A stretch of 64,000 nt of DNA from Hydrurus foetidus (Eukaryota): positions 124,001 through 188,000 of the forward strand of contig UYFQ01000032.1 of assembly GCA_900617105.1 (NCBI GenBank), read 5' to 3'. Shown piece after piece: positions 1 to 11,515 of the stretch. Made by a program: the position numbers and the translations under genes. The notes under the pieces are model-generated. The model was not told the DNA's origin and did no database searches. It saw nothing but the letters and a program-made list of their open reading frames with translations. Every line of letters starts with the position of its first letter. Within the stretch, counting starts at the first letter, position 1.

Positions 1-463
1 ATGGCAATCACCGCGCCCCAAAAGCGTGGCGCCAAAATCCGCTGCACCGGGTCAACGGCCATCATTTCCATGGCGCTGAGCTGTTCACCAGCCTTCATCA
101 GGCCGATCTCGGCGGTCAGCGAGGTGCCGGCCCGGCCCGCAAACAGCAAGGCAGTGACCACCGGCCCCAGTTCGCGCACCAAACTCAACGCCACCAGCAG
201 ACCCAGGCTTCGGATGAGCCGTAGCGCTGCAGCGTGTAGTAGCCCTGCAAGCCCAGCACAAAGCCCACAAAAAGCCCGACACCGCAATGATGGCCAGCGA
301 GTAGTTGCCCAAAAAGTGAATTTGGTCGCGCACCAGACCAAAGCGCCGCAGCGTACGGGCCGTCAGATGCCAACAAGCGGCCAAACAGGCGAGCACCATA
401 GCCCAGGTCCGCCAGCTTGGACCGGACCGCCAAGCCGACGTCTGAAGGGTGGTACCAGCTCAT
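1..463 (-). CDS. mlaE: MlaE lipid-asymmetry ABC permease (partial at window edge, about three apparent single-base frameshifts)
   Basis: Fragments from different frames join into Mla[19 protein letters not shown] / [28 protein letters not shown] / [23 protein letters not shown] / [45 protein letters not shown]; lies downstream of mlaF. Confidence 0.85.
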
Positions 464-1297
464 CGTGCCGCCCCTGCAGAAAAATCGGCGTCCACACTGG
501 GGCCGGGTAAGTGAAAGCGCACCGGCCCTTCGGGCTCGGCGTTGACAAACTGGTGCACCAGCGGATCGGTGCTGTGGCGCACTTCTTCGGGCGTGCCCTG
601 GGCGGCGATCTTGCCGTTGGCCAGGATGATCACCTTGTCGGCGATGCGGAAGGTTTCTTCCAGGTCGTGCGAAACGATGATGCTGGTCAGGCCCATGGTG
701 TCATTGAGCTGGCGGATCAGGCGGGCTGCGGTGCCCAGCGAAATCGGGTCCAGCCCGGCAAACGGCTCGTCGTACATCACCAGCTCAGGGTCCAGGGCAA
801 TGGCGCGGGCCAAGGCCACGCGCCGTGCCATGCCACCGGAGATTTCGCGGGCATCAGGTCGCGCGCACCACGCAGACCCACGGCGTTGAGCTTCATCAGG
901 ACGATGTCCGGATCAGCGCTTCGGATAAATCGGAATGCTCACGCAGCGGGAAAGCCACGTTGTCGTACACACTCAGGTCGGTGAACAGCGCGCCAAACTG
1001 GAACAGCATGCCCATACGGCGTCGAGCTGCGTACAACTGCTGTGCGTTGGCCCGGCCCATGTCCTGCACATCTTGGCCGTGCTGCGCACCGTGCAGCAGT
1101 AACTCGCCCTTCTGGGCGCGGTGCTGACCACCAATCAGGCGCAGTACGGTGGTCTTGCCACCGCCCGAGGCACCCATGAGCGCAGTGACCTTGCCCCGCG
1201 GAATGGACAGCGTCACGCCGTCCAGGATCAGGCGTTCGCCGTAGCCAAAGGACAGGTCGTGAAGTTCAACAAGGGGGTCGGAAGGGTGTTCGGCCAT
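460..1297 (-). CDS. mlaF: MlaF ABC ATPase, split by two apparent single-base deletions (~909, ~848)
   Basis: ORF 896..1297 has Walker A GASGGGKTT and GMLFQFGALF; the middle frame reads DIVLMKLNAVGLRGARDLMP; ORF 460..831 has MARRVALARAIALDPELVMYDEPFAGLDP. Confidence 0.88.
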
Positions 1298-1305
1298 ACA
1301 AGTAA

Positions 1306-1330
1306 CAAGGCCGGGGAGTTCCCGGCCTTG
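1306..1330 (-). terminator. GC hairpin between gltD and mlaF, possible terminator
   Basis: CAAGGCCGGG-gagtt-CCCGGCCTTG, perfect 10-bp stem; only a weak T-run on the minus strand. Confidence 0.5.
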
Positions 1331-1353
1331 GAATCATAAGGGATTACCCGAGA

Positions 1354-2820
1354 TTACCGTGGCAAGTCGCTGAAGCCCATTAGAAATTCGTCAACCGAAC
1401 GCGCGGCCTGGCGGCCTTCGCGAATCGCCCACACCACCAGGCTTTGGCCGCGGCGCATGTCGCCAGCTGCAAACACCTTGGGCACATTGGTGGCGTAGCC
1501 GCCAATGAACTCGGTGCTGGCCTTGGCGTTGCCGCGGCCATCCTTGTCCACACCGAACACGTCCAGAATGGTCGCTACGGGGTTCACAAAGCCCATGGCC
1601 AGCAACACCAGATCGGCCTTCAGCACTTTTTCGCTGCCAGGAACGTCGACCAATTTGCCGTCCTTGAATTCGACCTGCACGGTCTTCAGACCAGTGACCT
1701 TGCCTTTTTCGCCGACGAATTCCTTGGTCGAAATCGAGAACACGCGCTCGCAACCTTCTTCGTGGCTGGAGCTGGTGCGCAGTTTCAGCGGCCAGTAGGG
1801 CCACGTCATGGGGCGGTTTTCTTCTTCGGGCGGTTGGGGCATCACCTCGAACTGGGTCACGCTGACCGCGCCGTGGCGGTTGCTGGTGCCCACGCAATCG
1901 GAGCCGGTGTCGCCACCGCCGATGACGATGACGTGTTTGCCATCGGCACGCAACTGGCCCTTGAGCTTGTCGCCCGCGTTGACCTTGTTTTGCTGGGGCA
2001 GGAATTCCATTGCGAAATGGACGCCATCCAGCTCGCGGCCGGGCACGGGCAGGTCACGCGATTGCTCCGAGCCACCGGTGAGCAACACGGCGTCAAAGTC
2101 TTTCTTCAGTTGGTCTGCCGAAATGGTTTCCTTGGCCCAATTGGTGACCTTCGTGTCTTTGGGCATTTCGCCAATCAGCACGCTGGTACGGATGGTCACG
2201 CCTTCGGCCACCATCTGCTCAGCGCGGCGATCGATGTGGGACTTTTCCATCTTGAAGTCGGGAATGCCATAGCGCAGCAGGCCGCCGATGCGGTCGTTTT
2301 TCTCGAACAGGGTCACGTCGTGGCCCGCACGCGCCAACTGCTGTGCAGCCGCCATGCCAGCGGGGCCGGATCCAACCACTGCAACCTTCTTGCCGGTCTT
2401 GATCTTGGCGGGCTGGGGCTTGACCCAACCTTCGTGCCAGGCGCGGTCGATGATGGCGTGCTCGATGGACTTGATGCCTACGGCGGCGTCATTCACGTTC
2501 AGGGTGCAGGCAGCCTCGCAGGGTGCGGGGCAGATGCGGCCAGTGAACTCGGGGAAGTTGTTGGTGCTGTGCAGCGTGTCGATCGCCGCCTTCCAGTTGT
2601 TCGCATAGACCAGGTCGTTGAAGTCCGGAATGATGTTGTTGACCGGGCAGCCGCTGTTGCAAAACGGTGTGCCGCAGTCCATACAGCGCGCGGCCTGCTT
2701 GTTGGCCTGCGCGTCGTCCAAGCCCACCACAAACTCTTTGTAGTGCTTCAGACGTTCGGTAACGGGTTTGTAGCCCTCTTCGAGGCGCTCAAACTCCATG
2801 AAGCCAGTGACTTTTCCCAT
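1354..2820 (-). CDS. gltD: Glutamate synthase small subunit
   Basis: [57 protein letters not shown]. Confidence 0.97.
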   Translation of the reverse strand: MGKVTGFMEFERLEEGYKPVTERLKHYKEFVVGLDDAQANKQAARCMDCGTPFCNSGCPVNNIIPDFNDLVYANNWKAAIDTLHSTNNFPEFTGRICPAPCEAACTLNVNDAAVGIKSIEHAIIDRAWHEGWVKPQPAKIKTGKKVAVVGSGPAGMAAAQQLARAGHDVTLFEKNDRIGGLLRYGIPDFKMEKSHIDRRAEQMVAEGVTIRTSVLIGEMPKDTKVTNWAKETISADQLKKDFDAVLLTGGSEQSRDLPVPGRELDGVHFAMEFLPQQNKVNAGDKLKGQLRADGKHVIVIGGGDTGSDCVGTSNRHGAVSVTQFEVMPQPPEEENRPMTWPYWPLKLRTSSSHEEGCERVFSISTKEFVGEKGKVTGLKTVQVEFKDGKLVDVPGSEKVLKADLVLLAMGFVNPVATILDVFGVDKDGRGNAKASTEFIGGYATNVPKVFAAGDMRRGQSLVVWAIREGRQAARSVDEFLMGFSDLPR

Positions 2821-2853
2821 GATGTTTCTCCATTGAGTTGGGGACAGAGCGGA

Positions 2854-5800
2854 TTACTTCACAAATGCTGGTTTGTAGCGCAAGTCATTATTTAATTGGC
2901 GCTGCGGCTTTTTTTGCCGCGCTGGGGCAGCTTTGGCGGGGGCCTTGGCCGATTTGCGTGCATTCTCGCCCAGAGCGCGTTTGTAGTCCACCGGGAAAAC
3001 CTTGACGAACTTGGCGCGCGAGACGTCCCAGTTGTCGAGCAACTCGCGGGCGCGCTTGCTGCCTGTCCAGCGGTTGTGCTCTTCCAGCAGACGGCGCAGG
3101 TTGGCTTCGTCGGTCATTCCCTGGTGCCACAGCGCAGCATCCACGGTGCTTGTTTGCTCCGAACTTGTGAGCACTTTGTCCAACGCGACCATGCTGGTGT
3201 TGCAGCGGGTGGCAAACTTGCCGTCTTCGTCATAAACATAGGCGACACCACCGCTCATGCCGGCCGCAAAGTTGCGGCCGGTTTTGCCCAGCACCACCAC
3301 GGTGCCGCCGGTCATGTACTCGCAACCGTGGTCGCCGGTGCCTTCGACGACGGTGGTCGCGCCGGACAAGCGCACGGCAAAGCGTTCACCGGCCACACCG
3401 CTCAGGTAAGACTCACCGCTGGTCGCGCCGTACATCACGGTGTTGCCGACGATGGTGTTGCGCACGGCTTCACCTCTGAAGTCGATGCTGGGGCGCACGA
3501 TGATGCGGCCACCCGACAAGCCCTTGCCGGTGTAGTCGTTCGCGTCACCAATCAGGTACATGGTGATGCCCTTGGCGAGAAATGCGCCAAAGCTTTGGCC
3601 GCCCGTGCCTTCGAGCTGGATGCGGATGGTGTCGTCGGGCAAGCCCTGGGGATGCGCCTTGGTCACCGCGCCGGACAGCATCGCACCGAGCGAGCGGTTC
3701 ACGTTGCGGGCCACTTCCATGAACTTGACTTTTTCGCCGCGCAGAATGGCCGGCTGCGATTTCTCGATCAGCACGTTGTCCAGTGATTTCTCCAGGCCGT
3801 GCTCTTGGTTGGCCACGTGGTAACGGGGCATGTCCGCAGGCACGTTAGGCACAGCAAACAGGCGGGCGAAGTCCAAGCCCTGGGCTTTCCAATGTTCGAT
3901 GCCCTTTTTGGTGTCGAGCAGGTCAGCGCGGCCAATCAGGTCGTCAAACTTGCGAATACCCAACTGGGCCATTATCTGGCGGACTTCTTCTGCTATGAAA
4001 AAGAAGTAGTTGACGACATGCTCAGGCTTGCCGGTGAACTTCTTGCGCAGCACGGGGTCTTGCGTTGCCACGCCAACGGGGCAGGTGTTGAGGTGGCATT
4101 TGCGCATCATGATGCAGCCTTCCACCACCAACGGGGCGGTGGCGAAGCCGAATTCGTCCGCACCCAACAGGGCACCGATGGCCACGTCGCGACCCGTCTT
4201 CATCTGGCCGTCAGCCTGGACGCGGATGCGACCGCGCAGACCGTTCAACACCAGGGTCTGCTGGGTTTCGGCCAAGCCGATTTCCCATGGGCTACCCGCG
4301 TGTTTGATGGATGAAAGCGGCGAAGCGCCCGTGCCACCGTCATGGCCTGCTATCACAACGTGATCGCTTTTGCACTTGGCAACGCCTGCGGCAATGGTGC
4401 CCACACCCACTTCGGCTACCAGCTTGACGCTGATGCTGGCGTGCGGTGCGACGTTTTTCAGATCGTGAATCAGCTGCGCCAAATCTTCAATCGAGTAAAT
4501 GTCGTGGTGCGGTGGGGGTGAGATCAAGCCCACGCCGGGCACGCTGTAGCGCAACATGCCGATGTATTCGCTGACCTTGCCGCCGGGCAGCTGTCCGCCC
4601 TCGCCCGGCTTGGCGCCCTGTGCCATCTTGATCTGGATTTGATCCGCGCTTTGCAGGTATTCAGCGGTGACACCGAAGCGGCCTGAAGCCACTTGCTTGA
4701 TGCGCGAGCGCATGGAATCGCCCTCGTTCAGCGGGTAGTCCACCTCAAACACATCGTTGCCCAGCAGGTCAGACATGGTCTGGCCTTGCTTGATGGGGAT
4801 GCCTTTGAGTTCTTGGCGGTAGCGCGCAGGGTCTTCACCACCCTCGCCCGTGTTGCTCTTGCCGCCGATGCGGTTCATCGCAATGGCGAGCGTAGCGTGG
4901 GCTTCCGTGCTAATGGAACCCAGTGACATCGCGCCGGTAGCGAAGCGCTTAACGATCTCTTTGGCTGACTCCACCTCATCCACAGGAATGGCTTTGGTCG
5001 GGTCAATCTTGAACTCAAACAGACCACGCAGTGTGAGGTGGCGGCGGCTTTGGTCGTTGATGAGCTGGGCGTACTCTTTGTACGTGTTCCAGTTGTTCGA
5101 GCGGGTGCTGTGCTGTAGCTTGGCAATCGCGTCAGGACTCCACATATGCTCTTCACCACGGGCACGCCAAGCGTATTCACCACCGGTTTCCAGCATGTCT
5201 TCGAGCACGGGGTCATCCCCGAAAGCGGCCTTGTGGGTACGAATGGCTTCTTCAGCAATCGCGAACACGCCAATGCCTTCGACGCGGGTAGCGGTGCCAG
5301 TGAAGTACTTTTGCACGGTTTCGGTGTTCAGACCAATGATCTCGAACAGTTGCGCACCGCAGTAACTCATGTACGTGGACACGCCCATCTTGGACATGAT
5401 CTTGGACAGACCCTTGCCAATCGCCTTCACGTAGTTGTAGATGGCTTTGTCAGCGCTCAAATCGCCGGGCAAATCCTGGTGAATCGAGGCCAGCGTTTCC
5501 ATCGCCAAGTAGGGATGAACCGCTTCGGCACCGTAGCCCGCCAGCACGGCGAAATGGTGGATTTCACGGGCAGAGCCGGTTTCCACGACCAAGCCTGCTG
5601 TCGTGCGCAGGCCTTCAATCACCAAATGCTGGTGAATGGCAGACAAGGCCAGCAGCGCAGGAATCGCTACCTGCTCGGGGCCGACAGCGCGGTCACTGAC
5701 GATCAGGATGTTTTTGCCACCCTTGATGGCGTCCACGGCTTCGGCGCACAGCGAGGCCAGTTTCGCTTCCACGCCTTCATCGCCCCAAGCCAACGGGTAA

Positions 5801-7632
5801 GTGATGTCGAGCGTATAGCTGCGGAATTTGCCCTTGGTGTGGACTTCGATATTGCGCAACTTAGCCATGTCGGCAAAGTCCAAAATCGGCTGGGCCACCT
5901 CCATGCGCATGGGGGGGTTGACCTGGTTGATGTCCAACAGGTTCGGCTTGGGGCCGATGAAGGACACCAGCGACATCACGATGGCTTCGCGAATCGGGTC
6001 AATCGGCGGGTTGGTCACTTGCGCAAACAGCTGCTTGAAGTAGCTGTAGAGCGGCTTGTTTTTATCCGACAACACGGCCAGTGGGCTGTCATTGCCCATC
6101 GAACCCAGACCTTCTTCACCGTGGGTCGCCATCGGGGCCATCAGGAACTTGATGTCTTCTTGGGTGTAACCGAACGCTTGCTGGCGGTCGAGCAAGGTAA
6201 CAACGCTTTCCGATGCCGAGGCGGGTTCGCCGCCACCACCCACCACGTCGTCCAGGCGAATGCGCAGGTTGTCGATCCACTGTTTGTAGGGCTTGCTGTT
6301 GGCGAGGTTGGCCTTCAACTCTTCGTCGTCGATCATGCGGCCTTGTTCCAGGTCAATCAGGAACATCTTGCCGGGCTGAAGACGCCATTTGCGCACGATT
6401 TTGTTCTCGGGCACAGGGAGCACACCGGATTCAGAACCCATGATGACCAGATCATCATCCGTCACGCAGTAACGCGAGGGGCGCAGGCCGTTGCGGTCGA
6501 GTGTCGCGCCGATTTGGCGGCCATCGGTAAACACGATGGAGGCGGGGCCGTCCCACGGCTCAAGCATGGCAGCGTGGTATTCGTAAAACGCTTTGCGGCG
6601 CTCGTCCATCGTGGTGTGCTGCTCCCAAGGCTCGGGGATCATCATCATCACGGCCTGGCTGATGGGGTAGCCCGCCATCGTCAGCAGCTCCAGGCAGTTA
6701 TCGAACGTAGCGGTGTCCGACTGGTCGGCAAAGCTGATGGGGTAGAGCTTTTGCAGGTCAGCGCCCAGCACGGGGGAGGACATCACGCCCTCACGCGCCT
6801 TCATCCAGTTGTAGTTGCCCTTGACGGTGTTGATCTCACCGTTGTGCGCCACATAGCGGTACGGGTGCGCCAATGGCCACTCGGGGAAGGTATTGGTAGA
6901 AAAGCGCTGGTGTACCAAACCGAGGGCCGACACGCAGCGTTCGTCTTGCAAATCAAGGTAGTAGGTACCCACTTGATCGGCCAGTAGCAAGCCCTTATAG
7001 ACCACGGTGCGGCTGGACATGCTGGGCACGTAGTACTCTTTGGAGTGCTTGAGCTTGAGGTTCTGGATGTTGGCACTTGCCGTTTTGCGGATCACGTAGA
7101 GCTTGCGTTCCAGCGCGTCTTGCACGATCACATCGTTGCCACGGCCAATGAAGACTTGGCGCAGCACAGGTTCTTTTTCGCGCACAGTGGGCGACATGGG
7201 CATGTCGCGGTTGACCGGCACATCGCGCCAGCCGAGCAGCACTTGCCCTTCGGCCTTGATGGCGCGTTCCATCTCTTGCTCGCAGGCGAGGCGAGAAGCG
7301 TGTTCTTTAGGCAAGAAAATCATACCCACGCCGTATTCACCTGGGGCAGGCAAATCAACGCCCTGCTTGGACATCTCTTCGCGGTACAGCGCATCCGGCA
7401 ACTGAATCAAGATACCAGCACCGTCACCCATCAGCTTGTCAGCACCGACAGCACCCCGATGGTCTAAATTTTCCAGAATCTTCAAACCCTGCTGCACGAT
7501 GGCATGGCTTTTGATGCCTTTGATATGCGCCACAAAACCGACGCCGCAGGCATCGTGCTCATGGGCAGCAGAATACAAACCAACATCTTGCATGCGTTGG
7601 CGTTCGTTTTGAATGGTGTCAGGCGTCATCAT
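2854..7632 (-). CDS. gltB: Glutamate synthase large subunit
   Basis: EHDACGVGF amidotransferase N-terminus, [33 protein letters not shown]; start set at ATG 7632 because GAGGA lies 7 nt upstream. Confidence 0.97.
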   Translation of the reverse strand: MMTPDTIQNERQRMQDVGLYSAAHEHDACGVGFVAHIKGIKSHAIVQQGLKILENLDHRGAVGADKLMGDGAGILIQLPDALYREEMSKQGVDLPAPGEYGVGMIFLPKEHASRLACEQEMERAIKAEGQVLLGWRDVPVNRDMPMSPTVREKEPVLRQVFIGRGNDVIVQDALERKLYVIRKTASANIQNLKLKHSKEYYVPSMSSRTVVYKGLLLADQVGTYYLDLQDERCVSALGLVHQRFSTNTFPEWPLAHPYRYVAHNGEINTVKGNYNWMKAREGVMSSPVLGADLQKLYPISFADQSDTATFDNCLELLTMAGYPISQAVMMMIPEPWEQHTTMDERRKAFYEYHAAMLEPWDGPASIVFTDGRQIGATLDRNGLRPSRYCVTDDDLVIMGSESGVLPVPENKIVRKWRLQPGKMFLIDLEQGRMIDDEELKANLANSKPYKQWIDNLRIRLDDVVGGGGEPASASESVVTLLDRQQAFGYTQEDIKFLMAPMATHGEEGLGSMGNDSPLAVLSDKNKPLYSYFKQLFAQVTNPPIDPIREAIVMSLVSFIGPKPNLLDINQVNPPMRMEVAQPILDFADMAKLRNIEVHTKGKFRSYTLDITYPLAWGDEGVEAKLASLCAEAVDAIKGGKNILIVSDRAVGPEQVAIPALLALSAIHQHLVIEGLRTTAGLVVETGSAREIHHFAVLAGYGAEAVHPYLAMETLASIHQDLPGDLSADKAIYNYVKAIGKGLSKIMSKMGVSTYMSYCGAQLFEIIGLNTETVQKYFTGTATRVEGIGVFAIAEEAIRTHKAAFGDDPVLEDMLETGGEYAWRARGEEHMWSPDAIAKLQHSTRSNNWNTYKEYAQLINDQSRRHLTLRGLFEFKIDPTKAIPVDEVESAKEIVKRFATGAMSLGSISTEAHATLAIAMNRIGGKSNTGEGGEDPARYRQELKGIPIKQGQTMSDLLGNDVFEVDYPLNEGDSMRSRIKQVASGRFGVTAEYLQSADQIQIKMAQGAKPGEGGQLPGGKVSEYIGMLRYSVPGVGLISPPPHHDIYSIEDLAQLIHDLKNVAPHASISVKLVAEVGVGTIAAGVAKCKSDHVVIAGHDGGTGASPLSSIKHAGSPWEIGLAETQQTLVLNGLRGRIRVQADGQMKTGRDVAIGALLGADEFGFATAPLVVEGCIMMRKCHLNTCPVGVATQDPVLRKKFTGKPEHVVNYFFFIAEEVRQIMAQLGIRKFDDLIGRADLLDTKKGIEHWKAQGLDFARLFAVPNVPADMPRYHVANQEHGLEKSLDNVLIEKSQPAILRGEKVKFMEVARNVNRSLGAMLSGAVTKAHPQGLPDDTIRIQLEGTGGQSFGAFLAKGITMYLIGDANDYTGKGLSGGRIIVRPSIDFRGEAVRNTIVGNTVMYGATSGESYLSGVAGERFAVRLSGATTVVEGTGDHGCEYMTGGTVVVLGKTGRNFAAGMSGGVAYVYDEDGKFATRCNTSMVALDKVLTSSEQTSTVDAALWHQGMTDEANLRRLLEEHNRWTGSKRARELLDNWDVSRAKFVKVFPVDYKRALGENARKSAKAPAKAAPARQKKPQRQLNNDLRYKPAFVK

Positions 7633-7675
7633 GGCGCAATCCTCAAGTTTCACGGGGATGGGAAGTTTATCGCAA

Positions 7676-7692
7676 TGCAACATCCGCGCCAA
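7676..7692 (-). promoter_or_regulatory. Sigma54 (-24/-12) promoter for gltBD
   Basis: Minus strand TTGGCGCGGATGTTGCA = GG-N10-GC, about 45 bp upstream of the gltB start. Confidence 0.65.
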
Positions 7693-7805
7693 ACAAAATA
7701 ATCGGGGTCAGATTCCAATTAATTCATCGAGTCACCTCGTTGAGAATAATAAGGGACACATCATTTTCAATAGCAACTACTGCACACATAGTAAGCACAT
7801 AAGTG

Positions 7806-8510
7806 CTAATTAACCTCTGATTTTGCAGTGCTGAATGGCCTGCCCGGCTGTGCTTTTTGCACGCGGCGTTCCGTTTGTTTTTGCAAATGCGCGACAAACG
7901 CATCGTCCCCCAACGCCCAACCACTGAGCGCTGAGGCCGTTAATGCCTGCTGCTGATTGACAGGCAAGCCACCATGCACCAATTCGGCGTAGGCCGCTTC
8001 GCGGGCGAACGGCGTGTTGCCCATGCCCCAGACCAAGGGATGCGGCGTGATGAGCTTGTCGTGCCGCTTGCCCACATAGTGGTTGTGGCTAGACCAGGGG
8101 TAATCCGTCGCCTCGGCCACCATGCCTGCACGTACCGGGTTGAGGTCGATGTAGGCCATGCAGGCCAGCAGGTAGCGCTCGGTTTGGATCAGTGTGGAAC
8201 GGTATCGCCCCTCCCACAAGGTGCCGCTGCGCTGCTGTTTGTCGTTGAAGTAACGCACATAACGCCGCCCCACCGCTTGCATCATCTGCGGCAAGCCATC
8301 GACAGTGTCGGGGGTGGCGAGCAGGTGGAAGTGGTTGCCCATCAGCACATAGGCGTGCAGGGCCACTTTGAATTTGAGGGCATTTTCAGAGAGCAGGGAA
8401 AGCAGGGTGTCGTAATCGGCTGTGGACGCGAAGATGGGCTGCCGGTTGTTGCCCCGCTGGATGACGTGGTGGGGGTAGGCTGGGAGGGTTAGGCGGGGGA
8501 GACGGGCCAT
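7806..8510 (-). CDS. REP-associated tyrosine (Y1/HUH, RAYT-like) transposase
   Basis: MARLPR..PHHVIQRGNNRQPIF, HAYVLMGNHFHLL (HUH), LWEGRY, YIDLNPVRAGMV..DYPWSS. Confidence 0.9.
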   Translation of the reverse strand: MARLPRLTLPAYPHHVIQRGNNRQPIFASTADYDTLLSLLSENALKFKVALHAYVLMGNHFHLLATPDTVDGLPQMMQAVGRRYVRYFNDKQQRSGTLWEGRYRSTLIQTERYLLACMAYIDLNPVRAGMVAEATDYPWSSHNHYVGKRHDKLITPHPLVWGMGNTPFAREAAYAELVHGGLPVNQQQALTASALSGWALGDDAFVAHLQKQTERRVQKAQPGRPFSTAKSEVN

Positions 8511-8569
8511 TTGGAATATGCAAAGTTTGCAACGCTGCAAGAACAACAGCACCAAAGCTCAACTGATCA

Positions 8570-9292
8570 CTAGATCGGATCAGCTTGGGATGGATTGCGG
8601 GGAAGGGGATCGAGCTGCGCATTGAACCAAGCCGGGACATTAAGCTTAAATTCAGGGGCATTCACCAATGCCTGCTTGACCGCAGGTACGTTGTTGAAAA
8701 TATCCAGCCAAACGCTGAAAAATCCGGTCGTTGTTGCCATGTCGACAATCGCTGGAACAGTGGTTTTTCCGTCATGAAACTCTAACAAACGATCTATGGC
8801 CATCTTGGCTGTCTTTTTACGCTCGATGAAGCGCTTGTCCGAGTTCCCCGTCGATGTCACAGCCTTATTCAAACCATACAGATCAATCGTGGCCACAGCC
8901 TGGATTCGTTGAGAGGAAGCTAACCCACTCTTCGGCTTGACCAACAGTCGAGTAGGCCCAATGAGGGGGCTACTGAACGCTAACAAGGTGTTATTAAAGT
9001 GCGGCCAGTAGTAGTTTTTACGGTACGGTGGCGTCAGTTTTTTGTCCTTTTTATTAGAATTACATGACGTACAGACAAGAAGAAAATTGTGCCAATTATT
9101 AGAAAGTTTAGGATAAAATTTTCGGCATTTTATATGTTCAATTGCAAGGCAATTATTCACCCTCATTTCACAAAAATGACAATAATCACCCGTTCGCTGA
9201 ACCAAATGTGATGAACCACGTTTCCAATCATTGAAATTTCGAAAATTTCCATTATTAAATATGGGCCACGATCCTTTGTCAATTGGTCTCAT
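8570..9292 (-). CDS. HNH endonuclease, Septu PtuB-like
   Basis: MRPIDKG N-terminus, CHFCE..IEHIK..WHNFLLVCTSCNSNK zinc-finger/HNH; overlaps the ATPase stop; AT-rich. Confidence 0.82.
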   Translation of the reverse strand: MRPIDKGSWPIFNNGNFRNFNDWKRGSSHLVQRTGDYCHFCEMRVNNCLAIEHIKCRKFYPKLSNNWHNFLLVCTSCNSNKKDKKLTPPYRKNYYWPHFNNTLLAFSSPLIGPTRLLVKPKSGLASSQRIQAVATIDLYGLNKAVTSTGNSDKRFIERKKTAKMAIDRLLEFHDGKTTVPAIVDMATTTGFFSVWLDIFNNVPAVKQALVNAPEFKLNVPAWFNAQLDPLPRNPSQADPI

Positions 9293-10589
9293 TTTTCAGA
9301 TCCGGATCTGTTTCGAGCAAATAAGCCTTGAACTCAGGATCATCTGTTTCCTCAACAAGTTCTTTGCCTAACGCTTTACTGATGTTGCAATAGTCATCCA
9401 AGGTAAGCTCACCAGTTTTGGCATGAATAGCAGACAATTCAATTTGTGCTTTATTTACTCTATTTTCAAAATCATCGCTTCGAATGCCAGTCACTCCCAT
9501 GACATCTGTCACAACCTTACTCAAAGGAAGTTGATTGGGTACAGTTTCATCATCTAATTTATCCAAATTTATTAACTCATCCTTGTTGAGGCTTTGCGCA
9601 ATAAAAGGAGAATGCGTTGTGGCAATAAATTGAATCAACGGAAATGCAGATTTCAAGGTTGCTACAATTGATTTCTGCCAATTTGGATGCAAATGTAAGT
9701 CAAGCTCATCTATCAGTACAACACCTGGTGTATCGACAACTGCACGTTCACGCAGATGTGGATTAAGTTGAATACACCGATAGGCAATGTCAGCAGCCAT
9801 GCCAATGATATTGCGATACCCATCACTAAGCTGGCTATATGCCATTTTGCAAATGATTCCCGAATTATCTTTAAAAACCCCCATTAATTCTTCCGCCTTG
9901 AAGTCATACTCCATACCACTCCAACGTCCATCTGGAATCAGTGAAATAATAATTTCTTTAAAGGCTTTAAAATGAGCAATATCCAAAGGATCTTCGAATT
10001 TTTTAATACTGTCTTCTTGCGTTTTGAACCAAGAAATAAACTCTCTACTGGATGACTTTGCCGAAAGTGCATTAGTGTAAGCACGCACAACGCCTTCATC
10101 TTGCTTTTGATATTTTACCTTTTCATGCTCAGCCCATAGTCGCCCAGTGCCGTGATATGCAAAAATTGGAAAAACAATCTCTTTACCATCACGATCTATC
10201 TTTATTTTTCGACTTTCAATAAGCTTTCCATTGGCCACATCGCGAATAGATTGCGCATCTTTGCTGGTTGTATTTTTGGCAATTATTTCACGCTTCCAAA
10301 GTGAAATTCGGATGCCATCAATTTCCCCATCCGCTTCAATTACAACAGGCTTCTGAGGACGTGGTTGTCCATCTATAGTAATAATTCGTATCTCATCGGC
10401 AGCAATGCTACGTGAATTAACTTCATCAATTCCAAGAAAGAAACTTCCTAATGCAACAGACAGTGCATCAAGTACCGTTGTTTTCCCTGCTGCATTTTGA
10501 CCAATGAAAACTGTAAATCTATCGTTTAATTTAAACGTTTCTTTGGAAATTCCTTTGAAATTTTTAATATTAATTTTGATAATTTTCAT
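9279..10589 (-). CDS. ABC/AAA-family ATPase, Septu PtuA-like
   Basis: IKNFKG, Walker A GQNAAGKTT, signature QLSDG, Walker B VVLIDELDLHLHP, FIATTHSP; AT-rich. Confidence 0.85.
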   Translation of the reverse strand: MKIIKINIKNFKGISKETFKLNDRFTVFIGQNAAGKTTVLDALSVALGSFFLGIDEVNSRSIAADEIRIITIDGQPRPQKPVVIEADGEIDGIRISLWKREIIAKNTTSKDAQSIRDVANGKLIESRKIKIDRDGKEIVFPIFAYHGTGRLWAEHEKVKYQKQDEGVVRAYTNALSAKSSSREFISWFKTQEDSIKKFEDPLDIAHFKAFKEIIISLIPDGRWSGMEYDFKAEELMGVFKDNSGIICKMAYSQLSDGYRNIIGMAADIAYRCIQLNPHLRERAVVDTPGVVLIDELDLHLHPNWQKSIVATLKSAFPLIQFIATTHSPFIAQSLNKDELINLDKLDDETVPNQLPLSKVVTDVMGVTGIRSDDFENRVNKAQIELSAIHAKTGELTLDDYCNISKALGKELVEETDDPEFKAYLLETDPDLKNETN

Positions 10590-10654
10590 AATTTTATATG
10601 CATCATTATAAATTGAATTTCCTCTATTTTTACTAAACTAACTGTGACTTCATC

Positions 10655-11515
10655 TTACAACGATTGAAATCGCCCTCCCATTGTTTCTGCAATGCCAAAT
10701 TCCGTCAATATCGCTTGCAAGCGCTCTGCCGCCGCCCGCTTCTTGTTCCCGGTGTATTTCGCGATGATGAGCTCGTTTTTCATGCTGTGCTCCCAGCCTA
10801 CCAACTCGGTCACGGTGACTTGGTAGCCGTTGGCCTCCAGGTGCAGACAACGCAGCACGTTGGTGATTTGGCTGCCCATTTCTCGGGTGTGCAGGGGGTG
10901 CCGCCACAGTTCGGCCAGGGGGGTGCGGGTCAGTGACAGGGCTTTGTGCTGGCTCAAGGCGCGGGCGACTTCGGCTTGGCAACAGGGGACGAGTACCATG
11001 AACCGGGCTTTCTTTTGCAAGCCGAAGGCGATGGCATCGTCGGTGGCGGTGTCGCAGGCGTGCAAGGCGGTCACGATGTCGATGCGGTCAGGCAAGGCAT
11101 CAGACTGGGCGGATTCGGCGACGGTGAGGTTCAAGAACGACATGCGCTCGAAACCCAGGTGCGCGGCCAGGGCTTGGGATTTTTGCACCAACTCGGGGCG
11201 GGTCTCGATGCCGTAAATGTGGCCGGACGACAAAGCTTTGAAGAACAGGTCGTAAATGATGAACCCAAGGTAGGACTTGCCTGCTCCGTGGTCGGCCAAG
11301 GTGGTGCCCTGCCCTGCTTTATCACCGGACTCCAGCAGCAGCTTTTCGATGAACTGGAACAGGTGGTAAACCTGCTTGAGCTTGCGGCGAGAGTCTTGGT
11401 TGAGTTTGCCTTCGCGGGTGAGGATGTGCAGTTCTTTGAGCAGTTCAATCGACTGGCCGGGGCGGATGTCGGCATCCAGCGCGGGGGCTTCAGTTTTATG
11501 TTTGGAGGGTTTCAT
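10655..11515 (-). CDS. Class I SAM-dependent methyltransferase
   Basis: DHGAGKSYLGF, ALHACDTATD, LVPCCQ; ATG 11515 overlaps the upstream stop. Confidence 0.85.
   Translation of the reverse strand: MKPSKHKTEAPALDADIRPGQSIELLKELHILTREGKLNQDSRRKLKQVYHLFQFIEKLLLESGDKAGQGTTLADHGAGKSYLGFIIYDLFFKALSSGHIYGIETRPELVQKSQALAAHLGFERMSFLNLTVAESAQSDALPDRIDIVTALHACDTATDDAIAFGLQKKARFMVLVPCCQAEVARALSQHKALSLTRTPLAELWRHPLHTREMGSQITNVLRCLHLEANGYQVTVTELVGWEHSMKNELIIAKYTGNKKRAAAERLQAILTEFGIAETMGGRFQSL

Noticed and set aside
1444..6987. Long plus-strand ORFs (1444..2895, 2896..3786, 5146..6987)
   Set aside because: Antisense shadows of gltD/gltB caused by GC-rich codon bias; no motifs. The same applies to 12117..13436, 46427..47392, 52588..53616 and 60611..61477.
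9279..10654. Retron (type I-A) interpretation of the ATPase-HNH pair
   Set aside because: No reverse transcriptase (no YADD-type motif) nearby and too little upstream space for an msr-msd RNA.
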